A program made the position numbers and the translations under genes. From the NCBI RefSeq assembly GCF_963921235.1, contig NC_086097.1, positions 98,582,001 to 98,646,000 on the forward strand: a DNA stretch of 64,000 nucleotides, written 5' to 3'. This document shows positions 36,430-48,400 of the stretch, in pieces. The notes beneath the pieces were generated by a model. The model saw only the letters and a program-made list of their open reading frames with translations, searched no databases and was not told the DNA's origin. The DNA is from Mobula hypostoma. Taxonomy: Eukaryota. How positions within the stretch are numbered: position 1 is the stretch's first letter; the number at the start of each line of letters is the position of its first letter.

Positions 36430-39400
36430 TGTAATTGGTGTAGGGTTAGTGTCAGGAGGTGACTGATGGTAATTGGTGTAGGGTTAGTGTCAGTAGGTGA
36501 CTGGTTGTAATTGGTGTAGGGTTAGTGTCAGGAGGTGACAGGTGGTTGTAATTGGTGTAGGGTTAGTGTCAGGAGGTGACTGGTGGTTGTAATTGGTGTA
36601 GGGTTAGTGTCAGGAGGTGACTGGTTGTAATTGGTGTAGGGTTAGTGTCAGGAGGTGACTGGTTGTAATTGGTGTAGGGTTAGTGTCAGTAGGTGACTGG
36701 TTGTAATTGGTGTAGGGTTAGTATCAGGAGGTGACTGGTTGTAATTGGTGTCGGGTTAGTGTCAGGAGGTGACTGGTGGTTGTAATTGGTGTAGGGTTAG
36801 TGTCAGTAGGTGACTGGTTGTAATTGGTGTAGGGTTAGTGTCAGTAGGTGACTGGTTGTAATTGGTGTAGGGTTAGTGTGAGGAGGTGACTGGTTGTAAT
36901 TGGTGTCGGGTTAGTGTCAGTAGGTGACTGGTGGTTGTAATTGGTGTAGTTTAGTGTCAGTAGGTGACTGGTTGTAATTGGTGTAGGGTTAGTGTCAGGA
37001 GGTGACTGGTGGTTGTAATTGGTGTAGGGTTAGTGTCAGGAGGTGACTGGTTGTAATTGGTGTAGGGTTAGTGTCAGGAGGTGACTGGTTGTAATTGGTG
37101 TAGGGTTAGTGTCAGTAGGTGACTGGTTGTAATTGGTGTAGGGTTAGTATCAGGAGGTGACTGGTTGTAATTGGTGTCGGGTTAGTGTCAGGAGGTGACT
37201 GGTGGTTGTAATTGGTGTAGGGTTAGTGTCAGTAGGTGACTGGTTGTAATTGGTGTAGGGTTAGTGTCAGTAGGTGACTGGTTGTAATTGGTGTAGGGTT
37301 AGTGTGAGGAGGTGACTGGTTGTAATTGGTGTCGGGTTAGTGTCAGTAGGTGACTGGTTGTAATTGGTGTAGGGTTAGTGTCAGGAGGTGACTGGTTGTA
37401 ATTGGTGCAGGGTTAGTGTCAGGAGGTGACTGGTGGTTGTAATTGGGGTAGGGTTAGTGTCAGGAGGTGACTGGTGGTTGTAATTGGTGTAGGGTTAGTG
37501 TCAGTAGGTGACTGGTTGTAATTGGTGTAGGGTTAGTGTCAGGAGGTGACTGGTTGTAATTGGTGTAGGGTTAGTGTCAGTAGGTGACTGGTTGTAATTG
37601 GTGTAGGGTTAGTGTCAGGAGGTGACTGGTTGTAATTGGTGTCGGGTTAGTGTCAGGAGGTGACTGGTGGTTGTAATTGGTGTAGGGTTAGTGTCAGGAG
37701 GTGACTGGTGGTTGTAATTGGTGTAGGGTTAGTGTCAGTAGGTGACTGGTTGTAATTGGTGTAGGTTTAGTGTCAGTAGGTGACTGGTTGTAATTGGTGT
37801 AGGGTTAGTGTCAGGAGGTGACAGGTGGTTGTAATTGGTGTCGGGTTAGTGTCAGGAGGTGACTGGTGGTTGTAATTGGTGCAGGGTTAGTGTCAGGAGG
37901 TGACTGGTTGTAATTGGTGTAGGGTTAGTGTCAGTAGGTGACTGGTGGTTGTAATTGGTGTAGGGTTAGTGTCGGGGGTGACTGGTGGTTGTAATTGGTG
38001 TAGGGTTAGTGTCAGGAGGTGACTGGTGGTTGTAATTGGAGTAGGGTTAGTGTCAGAAGGTGACTGATGGTAATTGGTGTAGGGTTAGTGTCAGTAGGTG
38101 ACTGGTTGTAATTGGTGTAGGGTTAGTGTCAGTAGGTGACTGGTTGTAATTGGTGTCGGGTTAGTGTCAGTAGGTGACTGGTTGTAATTGGTGTAGGGTT
38201 AGTGTCAGGAAGTGACTGGTTGTAATTGGTGTAGGGTTAGTGTCAGGAGGTGACTGGTGGTTGTAATTGGTGTAGGGTTAGTGTCAGTAGGTGACTGGTT
38301 GTAAATGGTGTAGGGTTAGTGTCAGGAGGTGACTGGTTGTAATTGGTGTCGGGTTAGTGTCAGGAGGTGACTGGTGGTTGTAATTGGTGTAGGGTTAGTG
38401 TCAGGAGGTGACTGGTGGTAATTGGTGTAGGGTTAGTGTCAGTAGGTGACTGGTTGTAATTGGTATAGGGTTAGTGTCAGGAGGTGACAGGTGGTTGTAA
38501 TTGGTGTTGGGTTAGTGTCAGGAGGTGACTGGTGGTTGTAATTGGTGCAGGGTTAGTGTCAGGAGGTAACTGGTGGTTGTAATTGGTGCAGGGTTAGTGT
38601 CAGGAAGTGACTGGTTGTAATTGGTGTAGGGTTAGTGTCAGGAGGTGACTGGTGGTTGTAATTGGTGTAGGGTTAGTGTCGGGGGTGACTGGTGGTTGTA
38701 ATTGGTGTAGGGTTAGTGTCAGGAGGTGACTGGTGGTTGTAATTGGAGTAAGGTTAGTGTCAGAAGGTGACTGATGGTAATTGGTGTAGGGTTAGAGTCA
38801 GTAGGTGACTGGTTGTAATTGGTGTAGGGTTAGTGTCAGCAGGTGACTGGTTGTAATTGGTGTCGGGTTAGTGTCAGTAGGTGACTGGTTGTAATTGGTG
38901 TAGGGTTAGTGTCAGGAAGTGACTGGTTGTAATTGGTGTAGGGTTAGTGTCAGGAGGTGACTGGTGGTTGTAATTGGTGTAGGGTTAGTGTCAGTAGGTG
39001 ACTGGTTGTAAATGGTGTAGGGTTAGTGTCAGGAGGTGACTGGTTGTAATTGGTGTCGGGTTAGTGTCAGGAGGTGACTGGTGGTTGTAATTGGTGTAGG
39101 GTTAGTGTCAGGAGGTGACTGGTGGTAATTGGTGTAGGGTTAGTGTCAGTAGGTGACTGGTTGTAATTGGTATAGGGTTAGTGTCAGGAGGTGACAGGTG
39201 GTTGTAATTGGTGCAGGGTTAGTGTCAGGAGGTAACTGGTGGTTGTAATTGGTGCAGGGTTAGTGTCAGGAGGTGACAGGTGGTTGTAATTGGTGCAGGG
39301 TTAGTGTCAGGAGGTGACTGGTGGTTGTAATTAGTGCAGGGTTAGTGTCAGGAGGTGACTGGTTGTAATTGGTGTAGGGGTAGTGTCAGTAGGTGACTGG

Positions 39401-42400
39401 TTGTAATTGGTGTAGGGTTAGTGTCAGGAATTGACTGGTTGTAATTGGTGTAGGGTTAGTGTCAGGAGGTGACTGGTGGTTGTAATTGGTGTAGGGTTAG
39501 TGTCGGGGGTGACTGGTGGTTGTAATTGGTGTAGGGTTAGTGTCAGGAGGTGACTGGTGGTTGTAATTGCAGTAGGGTTAGTGTCAGGAGGTGACTGATG
39601 GTAATTGGTGTAGGGTTAGTGTCAGGAGGTGACTGGTTGTAATTGGTGTAGGGTTAGTGTCAGGAGGTGACTGGTGGTTGTAATTGGTGTAGGGTTAGTG
39701 TCAGTAGGTGACTGGTTGTAATTGGTGTCGGGTTAGTGTCAGTAGGTGACTGGTTGTAATTGGTGTAGGGTTAGTATCAGGAGGTGACTGGTTGTAATTG
39801 GTGTAGGGTTAGTGTCAGGAGGTGACTGGTGGTTGTAATTGGGGTAGGGTTAGTGTCAGGAGGTGACTGGTGGTTGTAATTGGTGTAGGGTTAGTGTCAG
39901 TAGGTGACTGGTTGTAATTGGTGTAGGGTTAGTGTCAGGAGGTGACTGGTTGTAATTGGTGTCAGGTTAGTGTCAGTAGGTGACTGGTTGTAATTGGTGT
40001 AGGGTTAGTGTCAGGAGGTGACTGGTTGTAATTGGTGTAGGGTTAGTGTCAGGAAGTGACTGGTTGTAATTGGTGTAGGGTTAGTGTCAGGAGGTGACTG
40101 GTGGTTGTAATTGGGGTAGGGTTAGTGTCAGGAGGTGACTGGTGGTTGTAATTGGTGTAGGGTTAGTGTCAGTAGGTGACTGGTTGTAATTGGTGTAGGG
40201 TTAGTGTCAGGAGGTGACTGGTTGTAATTGGTGTCGGGTTAGTGTCAGGAGGTGACTGGTGGTTGTAATTGGTGTAGGGTTAGTGTCAGTAGGTGACTGG
40301 TTGTAATTGGTGTAGGGTTAGTGTCAGGAAGTGACTGGTTGTAATTGGTGTAGGGTTAGTGTCAGGAGGTGACTGGTGGTTGTAATTGGTGTAGGGTTAG
40401 TGTCAGTAGGTGACTGGTTGTAATTGGTGTAGGGTTAGTGTCAGGAGGTGACTGGTTGTAATTGGTGTCGGGTTAGTGTCAGGAGGTGACTGGTGGTTGT
40501 AATTGGTGTAGGGTTAGTGTCAGGAGGTGACTGGTGGTAATTGGTGTAGGGTTAGTGTCAGTAGGTGACAGGTTGTAATTGGTGTAGGGTTAGTGTCAGG
40601 AGGTGACAGGTGGTTGTAATTGGTGTCGGGTTAGTGTCAGGAGGTGACAGGTGGTTGTAATTGGTGTCGGGTTAGTGTCAGGAGGTGACTGGTGGTTGTA
40701 ATTGGTGCAGGGTTAGTGTCAGGAGGTGACTGGTGGTTGTAATTGGTGCAGGGTTAGTGTCAGGAGGTGACAGGTGGTTGTAATGGGTGCAGGGTTAGTG
40801 TCAGGAGGTGACTGGTGGTTGTAATTGGTGTAGGGTTAGTGTCAGTAGGTGACTGGTTGTAATTGGTGTAGGGTTAGTGTCAGTAGGTGACTGGTTGTAA
40901 TTGGTGTAGGGTTAGTGTCAGGAGGTGACTGGTGGTTGTAATTGGTGTAGGGTTAGTGTCAGGAGGTGACTGGTGGTTGTAATTGGTGTAGGGTTAGTGT
41001 CAGGAGGTGACTGGTGGTTGTAATTGGAGTAGGGTTAGTGTCAGGAGGTGACTGATGGTAATTGGTGTAGGGTTAGTGTCAGTAGGTGACTGGTTGTAAT
41101 TGGTGTAGGGTTAGTGTCAGGAGGTGACTGGTTGTAATTGGTGTAGGGTTAGTGTCAGGAGGTGACTGGTGGTTGTAATTGGTGTAGGGTTAGTGTCAGT
41201 AGGTGACTGGTTGTAATTGGTGTCGGGTTAGTGTCAGTAGGTGACTGGTTGTAATTGGTGTAGGGTTAGTGTCTGGTTGTAATTGGTGTAGGGTTAGTGT
41301 CAGGAAGTGACTGGTTGTAATTGGTGTAGGGTTAGTGTCAGGAGGTGACTGGTGGTTGTAATTGGTGTAGGGTTAGTGTCGGGGGTGACTAGTGGTTGTA
41401 ATTGGTGTAAGGTTAGTGTCAGGAGGTGACTGGTGGTTGTAATTGGTGTAGGGTTAGTGTCAGGAGGTGACTGGTGGTTGTAATTGGTGTAGGGTTAGTG
41501 TCAGGAGGTGACTGGTTGTAATTGGTGTAGGGTTAGTGTCAGGAGGTGACTGGTTGTAATTGGTGTAGGGTTAGTGTCAGGAGGTGACTGGTGGTTGTAA
41601 TTGGGGTAGGGTTAGTGTCAGGAGGTGACTGGTGGTTGTAATTGGTGTAGGGTTAGTGTCAGTAGGTGACTGGTTGTAATTGGTGTAGGGTTAGTGTCAG
41701 GAGGTGACTGGTTGTAATTGGTGTAGGGTTAGTGTCAGGAGGTGACTGGTGGTTGTAATTGGTGTAGGGTTAGTGTCAGTAGGTGACTGGTTGTAATTGG
41801 TGTAGGGTTAGTGTCAGGAGGTGACTGGTTGTAATTGGTGTAGGGTTAGTGTCAGGAGGTGACTGGTGGTTGTAATTGGTGTAGGGTTAGTGTCAGGAGG
41901 TGACTGGTTGTAATTGGTGTAGGGTTAGTGTCAGGAGGTGACTGGTTGTAATTGGTGTCGGGTTAGTGTCAGGAGGTGACTGGTGGTTGTAATTGGTGTA
42001 GGGTTAGTGTCAGGAGGTGACTGGTGGTAATTGGTGTAGGGTTAGTGTCAGTAGGTGACAGGTTGTAATTGGTGTAGGGTTAGTGTCAGGAGGTGACAGG
42101 TGGTTGTAATTGGTGTCGGGTTAGTGTCAGGAGGTGATTGGTGGTTGTAATTGGTGCAGGGTTAGTGTCAGGAGGTGACTGGTGGTTGTAATTGGTGCAG
42201 GGTTAGTGTCAGGAGGTGACAGGTGGTTGTAATGGGTGCAGGGTTAGTGTCAGGAGGTGACTGGTGGTTGTAATTGGTGCAGGGTTAGTGTCAGGAGGTG
42301 ACTGGTTGTAATTGGTGTAGGGTTAGTGTCAGTAGGTGACTGGTTGTAATTGGTGTAGGGTTAGTGTCAGGAAGTGACTGGTTGTAATTGGTGTAGGGTT

Positions 42401-45400
42401 AGTGTCAGGAGGTGACTGGTGGTTGTAATTGGTGTAGGGTTAGTGTCGGGGGTGACTGGTGGTTGTAATTGGTGTAGGGTTAGTGTCAGGAGGTGACTGG
42501 TGGTTGTAATTGGAGTAGGGTTAGTGTCAGGAGGTGACTGATGGTAATTGGTGTAGGGTTAGTGTCAGTAGGTGACTGGTTGTAATTGGTGTAGGGTTAG
42601 TGTCAGGAGGTGACTGGTTGTAATTGGTGTAGGGTTAGTGTCAGGAGGTGACTGGTGGTTGTAATTGGTGTAGGGTTAGTGTCAGGAGGTGACTGGTTGT
42701 AATTGGTGTCGGGTTAGTGTCAGTAGGTGACTGGTTGTAATTGGTGTAGGGTTAGTGTCAGGAGGTGACTGGTGGTTGTAATTGGTGTAGGGTTAGTGTC
42801 AGGAGGTGACTGGTGGTTGTAATTGGTGTAGGGTTAGTGTCAGGAGGTGACAGGTGGTTGTAATTGGTGTAGGGTTAGTGTCAGTAGGTGACTGGTTGTA
42901 ATTGGTGTAGGGTTAGTGTCAGGAGGTGACTGGTTGTAATTGGTGTAGGGTTAGTGTCAGGAGGTGACTGGTTGTAATTGGTGTAGGGTTAGTGTCAGGA
43001 GGTGACTGGTGGTTGTAATTGGTGTAGGGTTAGTGTCAGGGGGTGACTGGTGGTTGTAATTGGTGTAGGGTTAGTGTCAGGAGGTGACTGGTGGTTGTAA
43101 TTGGTGTAGGGTTAGTGTCAGTAGGTGACTGGTTGTAATTGGTGTAGGGTTAGTGTCAGGAGGTGACTGGTTGTAATTGGTGTAGGGTTAGTGTCAGGAG
43201 GTGACTGGTGGTTGTAATTGGTGTAGGGTTAGTGTCAGGAGGTGACTGGTGGTTGTAATTGGTGTAGGGTTAGTGTCAGTAGGTGACTGGTTGTAATTGG
43301 TGTAGGGTTAGTGTCAGGAGGTGACTGGTTGTAATTGGTGTAGGGTTAGTGTCAGGAGGTGACTGGTGGTTGTAATTGGTGTAGGGTTAGTGTCAGGAGG
43401 TGACTGGTTGTAATTGGTGTAGGGTTAGTGTCAGGAGGTGACTGGTTGTAATTGGTGTAGGGTTAGTGTCAGGAGGTGACTGGTGGTTGTAATTGGTGTA
43501 GGGTTAGTGTCAGGAGGTGACTGGTGGTAATTGGTGTAGGGTTAGTGTCAGTAGGTGACTGGTTGTAATTGGTGTAGGGTTAGTGTCAGGAGGTGACAGG
43601 TGGTTGTAATTGGTGTAGGGTTAGTGTCAGGAGGTGACTGGTGGTTGTAATTGGTGTCGGGTTAGTGTCAGGAGGTGACTGGTGGTTGTAATTGGTGCAG
43701 GGCTAGTGTCAGGAGGTGACAGGTGGTTGTAATTGGTGCAGGGTTAGTGTCAGGAGGTGACTGGTTGTAATTGGGGCAGGGTTAGTGTCAGGAGGTGACT
43801 GGTGGTTGTAATTGGTGTAGGGTTAGTGTCAGTAGGTGACTGGTTGTAATTGGTGTAGGGTTAGTGTCAGGAGGTGACTGGTTGTAATTGGTGTAGGGTT
43901 AGTGTCAGGAGGTGACTGGTGGTTGTAATTGGTGTGGGTTAGTGTCAGGAGGTGACTGGTGGTTGTAATTGGTGTAGGGTTAGTGTCAGGAGGTGACTGG
44001 TGGTTGTAATTGGTGTAGGGTTAGTGTCAGGAGGTGACTGGTGGTTGTAATTGGTGTAGGGTTAGTGTCAGGAGGTGACTGGTTGTAATTGGTGTAGGGT
44101 TAGTGTCAGGAGGTGACTGGTTGTAATTGGTGTAGGGTTAGTGTCAGTAGGTGACTGGTTGTAATTGGTGTGTAGGGTTAGTGTCAGGAGGTGACTGGTT
44201 GTAATTGGTGTAGGGTTAGTGTCAGTAGGTGACTGGTGGTTGTAATTGGTGTAGGGTTAGTGTCAGTAGGTGACTGGTTGTAATTGGTGTAGGGTTAGTG
44301 TCAGGAGGTGACTGGTGGTTGTAATTGGTGTAGGGTTAGTGTCAGGAGGTGACTGGTGGTTGTAATTGGTGTAGGGTTAGTGTCAGTAGGTGACTGGTTG
44401 TAATTGGTGTAGGGTTAGTGTCAGGAGGTGACTGGTTGTAATTGGTGTCGGGTTAGTGTCAGGAGGTGACTGGTGGTTGTAATTGGTGTAGGGTTAGTGT
44501 CAGGAGGTGACTGGTGGTTGTAATTGGTGTAGGGTTAGTGTCAGTAGGTGACTGGTTGTAATTGGTGTAGGGTTAGTGTCAGGAGGTGACTGGTGGTTGT
44601 AATTGGTGTAGGGTTAGTGTCAGGAGGTGACTGGTGGTTGTAATTGGTGTAGGGTTAGTGTCAGGAGGTGACTGGTTGTAATTGGTGTAGGGTTAGTGTC
44701 AGTAGGTGACTGGTTGTAATTGGTGTAGGGTTAGTGTCAGGAGGTGACTGGTGGTTGTAATTGGTGTAGGGTTAGTGTCAGGAGGTGACTGGTGGTTGTA
44801 ATTGGTGTAGGGTTAGTGTCAGGAGGTGACTGGTGGTTGTAATTGGTGTAGGGTTAGTGTCAGGAGGTGACTGGTTGTAATTGGTGTAGGGTTAGTGTCA
44901 GGAGGTGACTGGTTGTAATTGGTGTAGGGTTAGTGTCAGGAGGTGACTGGTGGTTGTAATTGGTGTAGGGTTAGTGTCAGGAGGTGACTGGTTGTAATTG
45001 GTGTAGGGTTAGTGTCAGGAGGTGACTGGTGGTTGTAATTGGTGTAGGGTTAGTGTCAGGAGGTGACTGGTGGTTGTAATTGGTGTAGGGTTAGTGTCAG
45101 GAGGTGACAGGTGGTTGTAATGGGTGCAGGGTTAGTGTCAGGAGGTGACTGGATGTAATTGGTGTAGGGTTAGTGTCAGGAGGTGACTGGTGGTTGTAAT
45201 TGGTGCAGGGTTAGTGTCAGGAGGTGACTGGTTGTAATTGGTGTAGGGTTAGTGTCAGTAGGTGACTGGTTGTAATTGGTGTAGGGTTAGTGTCAGGAGG
45301 TGACTGGTGGTTGTAATTGGTGTAGGGTTAGTGTCAGGAGGTGACTGGTGGTTGTAATTGGTGTAGGGTTAGTGTCAGGAGGTGACTGGTGGTTGTAATT

Positions 45401-48400
45401 GGTGTAGGGTTAGTGTCAGGAGGTGACTGGTGGTTGTAATTGGTGTAGGGTTAGTGTCAGGAGGTGACTGGTGGTTGTAATTGGTGTAGGGTTAGTGTCA
45501 GGAGGTGACTGGTTGTAATTGGTGTAGGGTTAGTGTCAGGAGGTGACTGGTGGTTGTAATTGGTGTAGGGTTAGTGTCAGGAGGTGACTGGTGGTTGTAA
45601 TTGGTGTAGGGTTAGTGTCAGGAGGTGACTGGTGGTTGTAATTGGGTAGGGTTAGTGTCAGAGGTGACTGTGTTGTAATTGGTGTAGGGTTAGTGTCAGT
45701 AGGTGACTGGTTGTAATTGGTGTAGGGTTAGTGTCAGGAGGTGACTGGTTGTAATTGGTGTAGGGTTAGTGTCAGGAGGTGACTGGTGGTTGTAATTGGT
45801 GTAGGGTTAGTGTCAGGAGGTGACTGGTTGTAATTGGTGTAGGGTTAGTGTCAGGAGGTGACTGGTGGTTGTAATTGGTGTAGGGTTAGTGTCAGGAGGT
45901 GACTGGTTGTAATTGGTGTAGGGTTAGTGTCAGGAGGTGACTGGTTGTAATTGGTGTAGGGTTAGTGTCAGGAGGTGACTGGTGGTTGTAATTGGTGTAG
46001 GGTTAGTGTCAGGAGGTGACTGGTGGTTGTAATTGGTGTAGGGTTAGTGTCAGGAGGTGACTGGTTGTAATTGGTGTAGGGTTAGTGTCAGGAGGTGACA
46101 GGTGGTTGTAATTGGTGTCGGGTTAGTGTCAGGAGGTGACTGGTGGTTGTAATTGGTGCAGGGTTAGTGTCAGGAGGTGACTGGTGGTTGTAATTGGTGC
46201 AGGGTTAGTGTCAGGAGGTGACTGGTTGTAATTGGTGTAGGGTTAGTGTCAGGAGGTGACTGGTGGTTGTAATTGGTGTAGGGTTAGTGTCAGTAGGTGA
46301 CTGGTTGTAATTGGTGTAGGGTTAGTGTCAGGAGGTGACTGGTGGTTGTAATTGGTGTAGGGTTAGTGTCAGGAGGTGACTGGTGGTTGTAATTGGTGTA
46401 GGGTTAGTGTCAGTAGGTGACTGGTTGTAATTGGTGTAGGGTTAGTGTCAGGAGGTGACTGGTGGTTGTAATTGGTGTAGGGTTAGTGTCAGTAGGTGAC
46501 TGGTTGTAATTGGTGTAGGGTTAGTGTCAGGAGGTGACTGGTTGTAATTGGTGTAGGGTTAGTGTCAGGAGGTGACTGGTGGTTGTAATTGGTGTAGGGT
46601 TAGTGTCAGTAGGTGACTGGTTGTAATTGGTGTAGGGTTAGTGTCAGGAGGTGACTGGTTGTAATTGGTGTCGGGTTAGTGTCAGGAGGTGACTGGTGGT
46701 TGTAATTGGTGTAGGGTTAGTGTCAGGAGGTGACTGGTGGTTGTAATTGGTGTAGGGTTAGTGTCAGGAGGTGCCTGGTGGTTGTAATTGGTGTAGGGTT
46801 AGTGTCAGGAGGTGACTGGTGGTTGTAATTGGTGCAGGGTTAGTGTCAGGAGGTGACAGGTGGTTGTAATGGGTGCAGGGTTAGTGTCAGGAGGTGACTG
46901 GTGGTTGTAATTGGTGCAGGGTTAGTGTCAGGAGGTGACTGGTGGTTGTAATTGGTGCAGGGTTAGTGTCAGGAGGTGACTGGTGGTTGGAATTGGTGTA
47001 GGGTTAGTGTCAGTAGGTGACTGGTTGTAATTGGTGTAGGGTTAGTGTCAGGAGGTGACTGGTTGTAATTGGTGTAGGGTTAGTGTCAGGAGGTGACTGG
47101 TGGTTGTAATTGGTGTAGGGTTAGTGTCAGGAGGTGACTGGTGGTTGTAATTGGTGTAGGGTTAGTGTCAGGAGGTGACTGGTGGTTGTAATTGGTGTAG
47201 GGTTAGTGTCAGTAGGTGACTGGTTGTAATTGGTGTAGGGTTAGTGTCAGGAGGTGACTGGTTGTAATTGGTGTAGGGTTAGTGTCAGGAGGTGACTGGT
47301 GGTTGTAATTGGTGTAGGGTTAGTGTCAGTAGGTGACTGGTTGTAATTGGTGTAGGGTTAGTGTCAGTAGGTGACTGGTTGTAATTGGTGTAGGGTTAGT
47401 GTCAGGAGGTGACTGGTGGTTGTAATTGGTGTAGGGTTAGTGTCAGGAGGTGACTGGTGGTTGTAATTGGTGTAGGGTTAGTGTCGGGGGTGACTGGTGG
47501 TTGTAATTGGTGTAGGGTTAGTGTCAGGAGGTGACTGGTTGTAATTGGTGTAGGGTTAGTGTCAGGAGGTGACTGGTTGTAATTGGTGTAGGGTTAGTGT
47601 CAGTAGGTGACTGGTTGTAATTGGTGTAGGGTTAGTGTCAGGAGGTGACTGGTTGTAATTGGTGTAGGGTTAGTGTCAGGAGGTGATGGTGGTTGTAATT
47701 GGTGTAGGGTTAGTGTCAGGAGGTGACTGGTGGTTGTAATTGGTGTAGGGTTAGTGTCAGGAGGTGACTGGTGGTTGTAATTGGTGTAGGGTTAGTGTCA
47801 GTAGGTGACTGGTTGTAATTGGTGTAGGGTTAGTGTCAGGAGGTGACTGGTTGTAATTGGTGTAGGGTTAGTGTCAGGAGGTGACTGGTGGTTGTAATTG
47901 GTGTAGGGTTAGTGTCAGTAGGTGACTGGTTGTAATTGGTGTAGGGTTAGTGTCAGGAGGTGACTGGTTGTAATTGGTGTAGGGTTAGTGTCAGGAGGTG
48001 ACTGGTGGTTGTAATTGGTGTAGGGTTAGTGTCAGTAGGTGACTGGTTGTAATTGGTGTAGGGTTAGTGTCAGGAGGTGACTGGTTGTAATTGGTGTAGG
48101 GTTAGTGTCAGGAGGTGACTGGTGGTTGTAATTGGTGTAGGGTTAGTGTCAGGAGGTGACTGGTGTTGTAATTGGTGTAGGGTTAGTGTCAGTAGGTGAC
48201 TGGTTGTAATTGGTGTAGGGTTAGTGTCAGGAGGTGACAGGTGGTTGTAATTGGTGTCGGGTTAGTGTCAGGAGGTGACTGGTGGTTGTAATTGGTGTAG
48301 GGTTAGTGTCAGGAGGTGACTGGTGGTTGTAATTGGTGCAGGGTTAGTGTCAGGAGGTGACAGGTGGTTGTAATGGGTGCAGGGTTAGTGTCAGGAGGTG

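Noticed and set aside
36449..36461. GTCA-n5-TGAC inverted motif in each satellite unit as a nuclear-receptor element or hairpin
   Set aside because: Only a 4-bp stem, and spacing and half-sites do not match the ERE (GGTCA-n3-TGACC).
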